This document shows, in pieces, positions 61,858-64,000 of a DNA stretch of 64,000 bases. How positions within the stretch are numbered: the first letter of the stretch is position 1; every line of letters begins with the position of its first letter. Location of the stretch: the NCBI RefSeq assembly GCF_009914755.1, contig NC_060925.1. One strand, written 5' to 3'. The notes beneath the pieces are model-generated. The model was not told the origin of the DNA. It ran no database searches and saw only the letters and a program-made list of their open reading frames with translations. The position numbers and the translations under genes are program-made. Origin of the DNA: the human T2T-CHM13v2.0 reference genome, Homo sapiens.

Positions 61858-64000
61858 GCTACATATGCGTCCATCTAGTCCAGAAGCTCCACACTGAACA
61901 TCAATTACCTATCTAGAGTAAGGCTGGCTGGCCTTTACTTCCTTCCCTTTGCCCTGTGTTACCTGAGTGCACCCCCAAGCCCCCACACTCTCCAGTGTAG
62001 ATAATGGTGTATCAGATTAGTCTGCCTTGCTGCTGCATCAAGACCCAGATCAATTTATTGACTCTGCCAGAGTGGCTGGTACAGTAATTGTTACAAGAGA
62101 AGAATAGAAAGTGAGAACGTGTACACATGAAAAATAAAAATGACGTTTTGTTCTCTCCTGCCCCCTCCCCCGCCTTTTTTTTCCTCATAGATCTTTATGT
62201 GTTTACACAGCAGAGAGCACTTTACTTAAGTTAATCAGCTCCTTCTACATTATTAATTGTGACAGGGTGCCACATGACAGGACGAGTATTATGGGAAACA
62301 TTGATCTCACTCCGATGGTGTGGACCTGAGCAGGTTTGGTATTCCTCTCCCTATCTCGCTGCTTTGGGGTCCCATCAAATCACATTTCCCTGATTGACAA
62401 CACGGAATGCCTCCCATCAATACGATTGATTTTGTGAAAAGGACAAGGAACATTTTTCAACTGGAGAGAGATGAATTGTGGTTATGGGAAAGAGAGCATC
62501 TCAGAAATCTTTCAGGTTAGAAGCCTAAATTGGGAACTAAGGTATTCTTGTCATCCCAAACACAAGCATAATTTGTACCCCCTGAAAAATGGTATTAGGA
62601 GAAACTTATTACAAGTGAAAAATAGACTTAGTGGAGGCCAGCAATGAACCTGAGGACATAATGGCTGTTTTTAAAAGGCCACCTGCTAATTTTTTTGTGA
62701 GGAATTTTTGGTTAAGTGCACATCTTTGAAAGACATTTCATTAAAGTTCAGCTTTCATGGCTTATACCTGTAGACCCTAACATAAATCCTGTGTGAACGG
62801 ACAAAACTGAGTGGGTGTCATTTGTGACCTGGAAATAAAAGGTCAACCATTGAATTTATAGCTTTTTTAGTGAAAAGAACATAAAGATTCCTGCCAACTG
62901 GAGTCAATCCATATTTTAATGTTTCCTAGTTAAGATTATAAAATCAAGGGATTAGGATCGTGCTGCTCAATGAAGGTCAAAAATTAAATGTGATGGGCTA
63001 AGTGTCATTCCCATGGGGCAGAAGTTAATATTTCAAAAACCATTTCTACCACTGGCAGTCAAGAAATGAATTGTCCATGATCATTAACCAAGTTAAGGGG
63101 AATCCCACTATCATTACTAAATTTAATGATGATTATTATACTAATCAACTATATTATTAAATTACTCTGCTGTTCTGTAATGTCCCCAAACAGTAATAGT
63201 GAATTGATTGCTACCAAGTAATTCTCATATACAGTTGAGAACAAGTTGAGATGCAGGATCATGGATGAAGGCCTCCTTTTGAAGAAAGAAGTTGTGGCTA
63301 TTTTATGGATAACAGTGATAACGTAGAACGTTCTTTTAAGATGAAGAGTGAGTGGCACTACAGACCTGTTATTAACTATAATTCATTAGTACATGTTTTT
63401 TAAGTACAAAAAAAGAACACGTATTTCTCTTTATTGTGTTTTTTTTTCTCTTTCAGATTTTTGTATCCTCCTCCCGATGCTTTTTTTTTTCTTTTCTTTT
63501 CTTTGGGAAAAAGAACATCTATTTTGCCAGATTCCTTTTTCCACAAATTTTTAGAGCTCTGGATACTGTCTACTTTGGATTTTTATGAAGAGGGAAGAAA
63601 GGATATTTAAATGTCTTTATATGATGACTCAGACACATGTGCCCTGTACCATTTTCAAATCCATTTTAAGATGCCAGTATTTTTCAAAAGTTTTAGAAAT
63701 TTCCTTAAAGCTGGTAATTTCCTTAAAGATTATCTACTCCAGACTCCCATCATTTTTCAGATACAACTTTAAGAATATTTTGGAATAAAGTTCATATCAT
63801 TTTAATAAAGTAGCACCTCCAAATAAGAGGGGCCAAAGCCTGGGGAACTGAAACAACTTGCAAGGCCCCAAAGCTAATCAGAGACAGAGCAGGACTGAAA
63901 TGCAGGGACCTGTTATGAGTGAAGGAAGGGACTAATGGTTTAATATGTGGCTTAGAAAATGGGTGCATGGTTTCCATTTTACAAAGGTGTTTTATAAAAG

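Overview
This window is primate (almost certainly human) genomic DNA from the 3' half of the NFIA (Nuclear Factor I A) gene, on the + strand. It holds four canonical GT-AG coding exons: 6050-6178, 26917-27095, 29374-29539 and 49277-49368 (exons 7-10 in the usual numbering, from recall). Spliced together they give the Ser/Pro-rich C-terminal transactivation region [10 protein letters not shown]...SPTSPTYSTPS...IPQQTQ. I did not see the upstream exons or the terminal exon (SWYLG*) in the window. Everything else is intron, filled with Alu, MIR, L2, old L1, MaLR LTR and MER58 relics and with microsatellites; nearly all listed ORFs are spurious. I found no evidence of a new multi-gene system. The most unusual structure is an old Alu interrupted near its 5' end by a templated copy of unique DNA from about 1.1 kb upstream, in which an (AC)26 microsatellite replaces an A-tract. 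Also notable: a 14-nt ultra-truncated young Alu, a frame-preserving exon 8-9 block flanked by inverted Alus, and several latent splice sites around the NFIA exons, one of whose frame depends on the length of a poly-C run. Repeat subfamily names and boundaries come from recognition by eye and are approximate.
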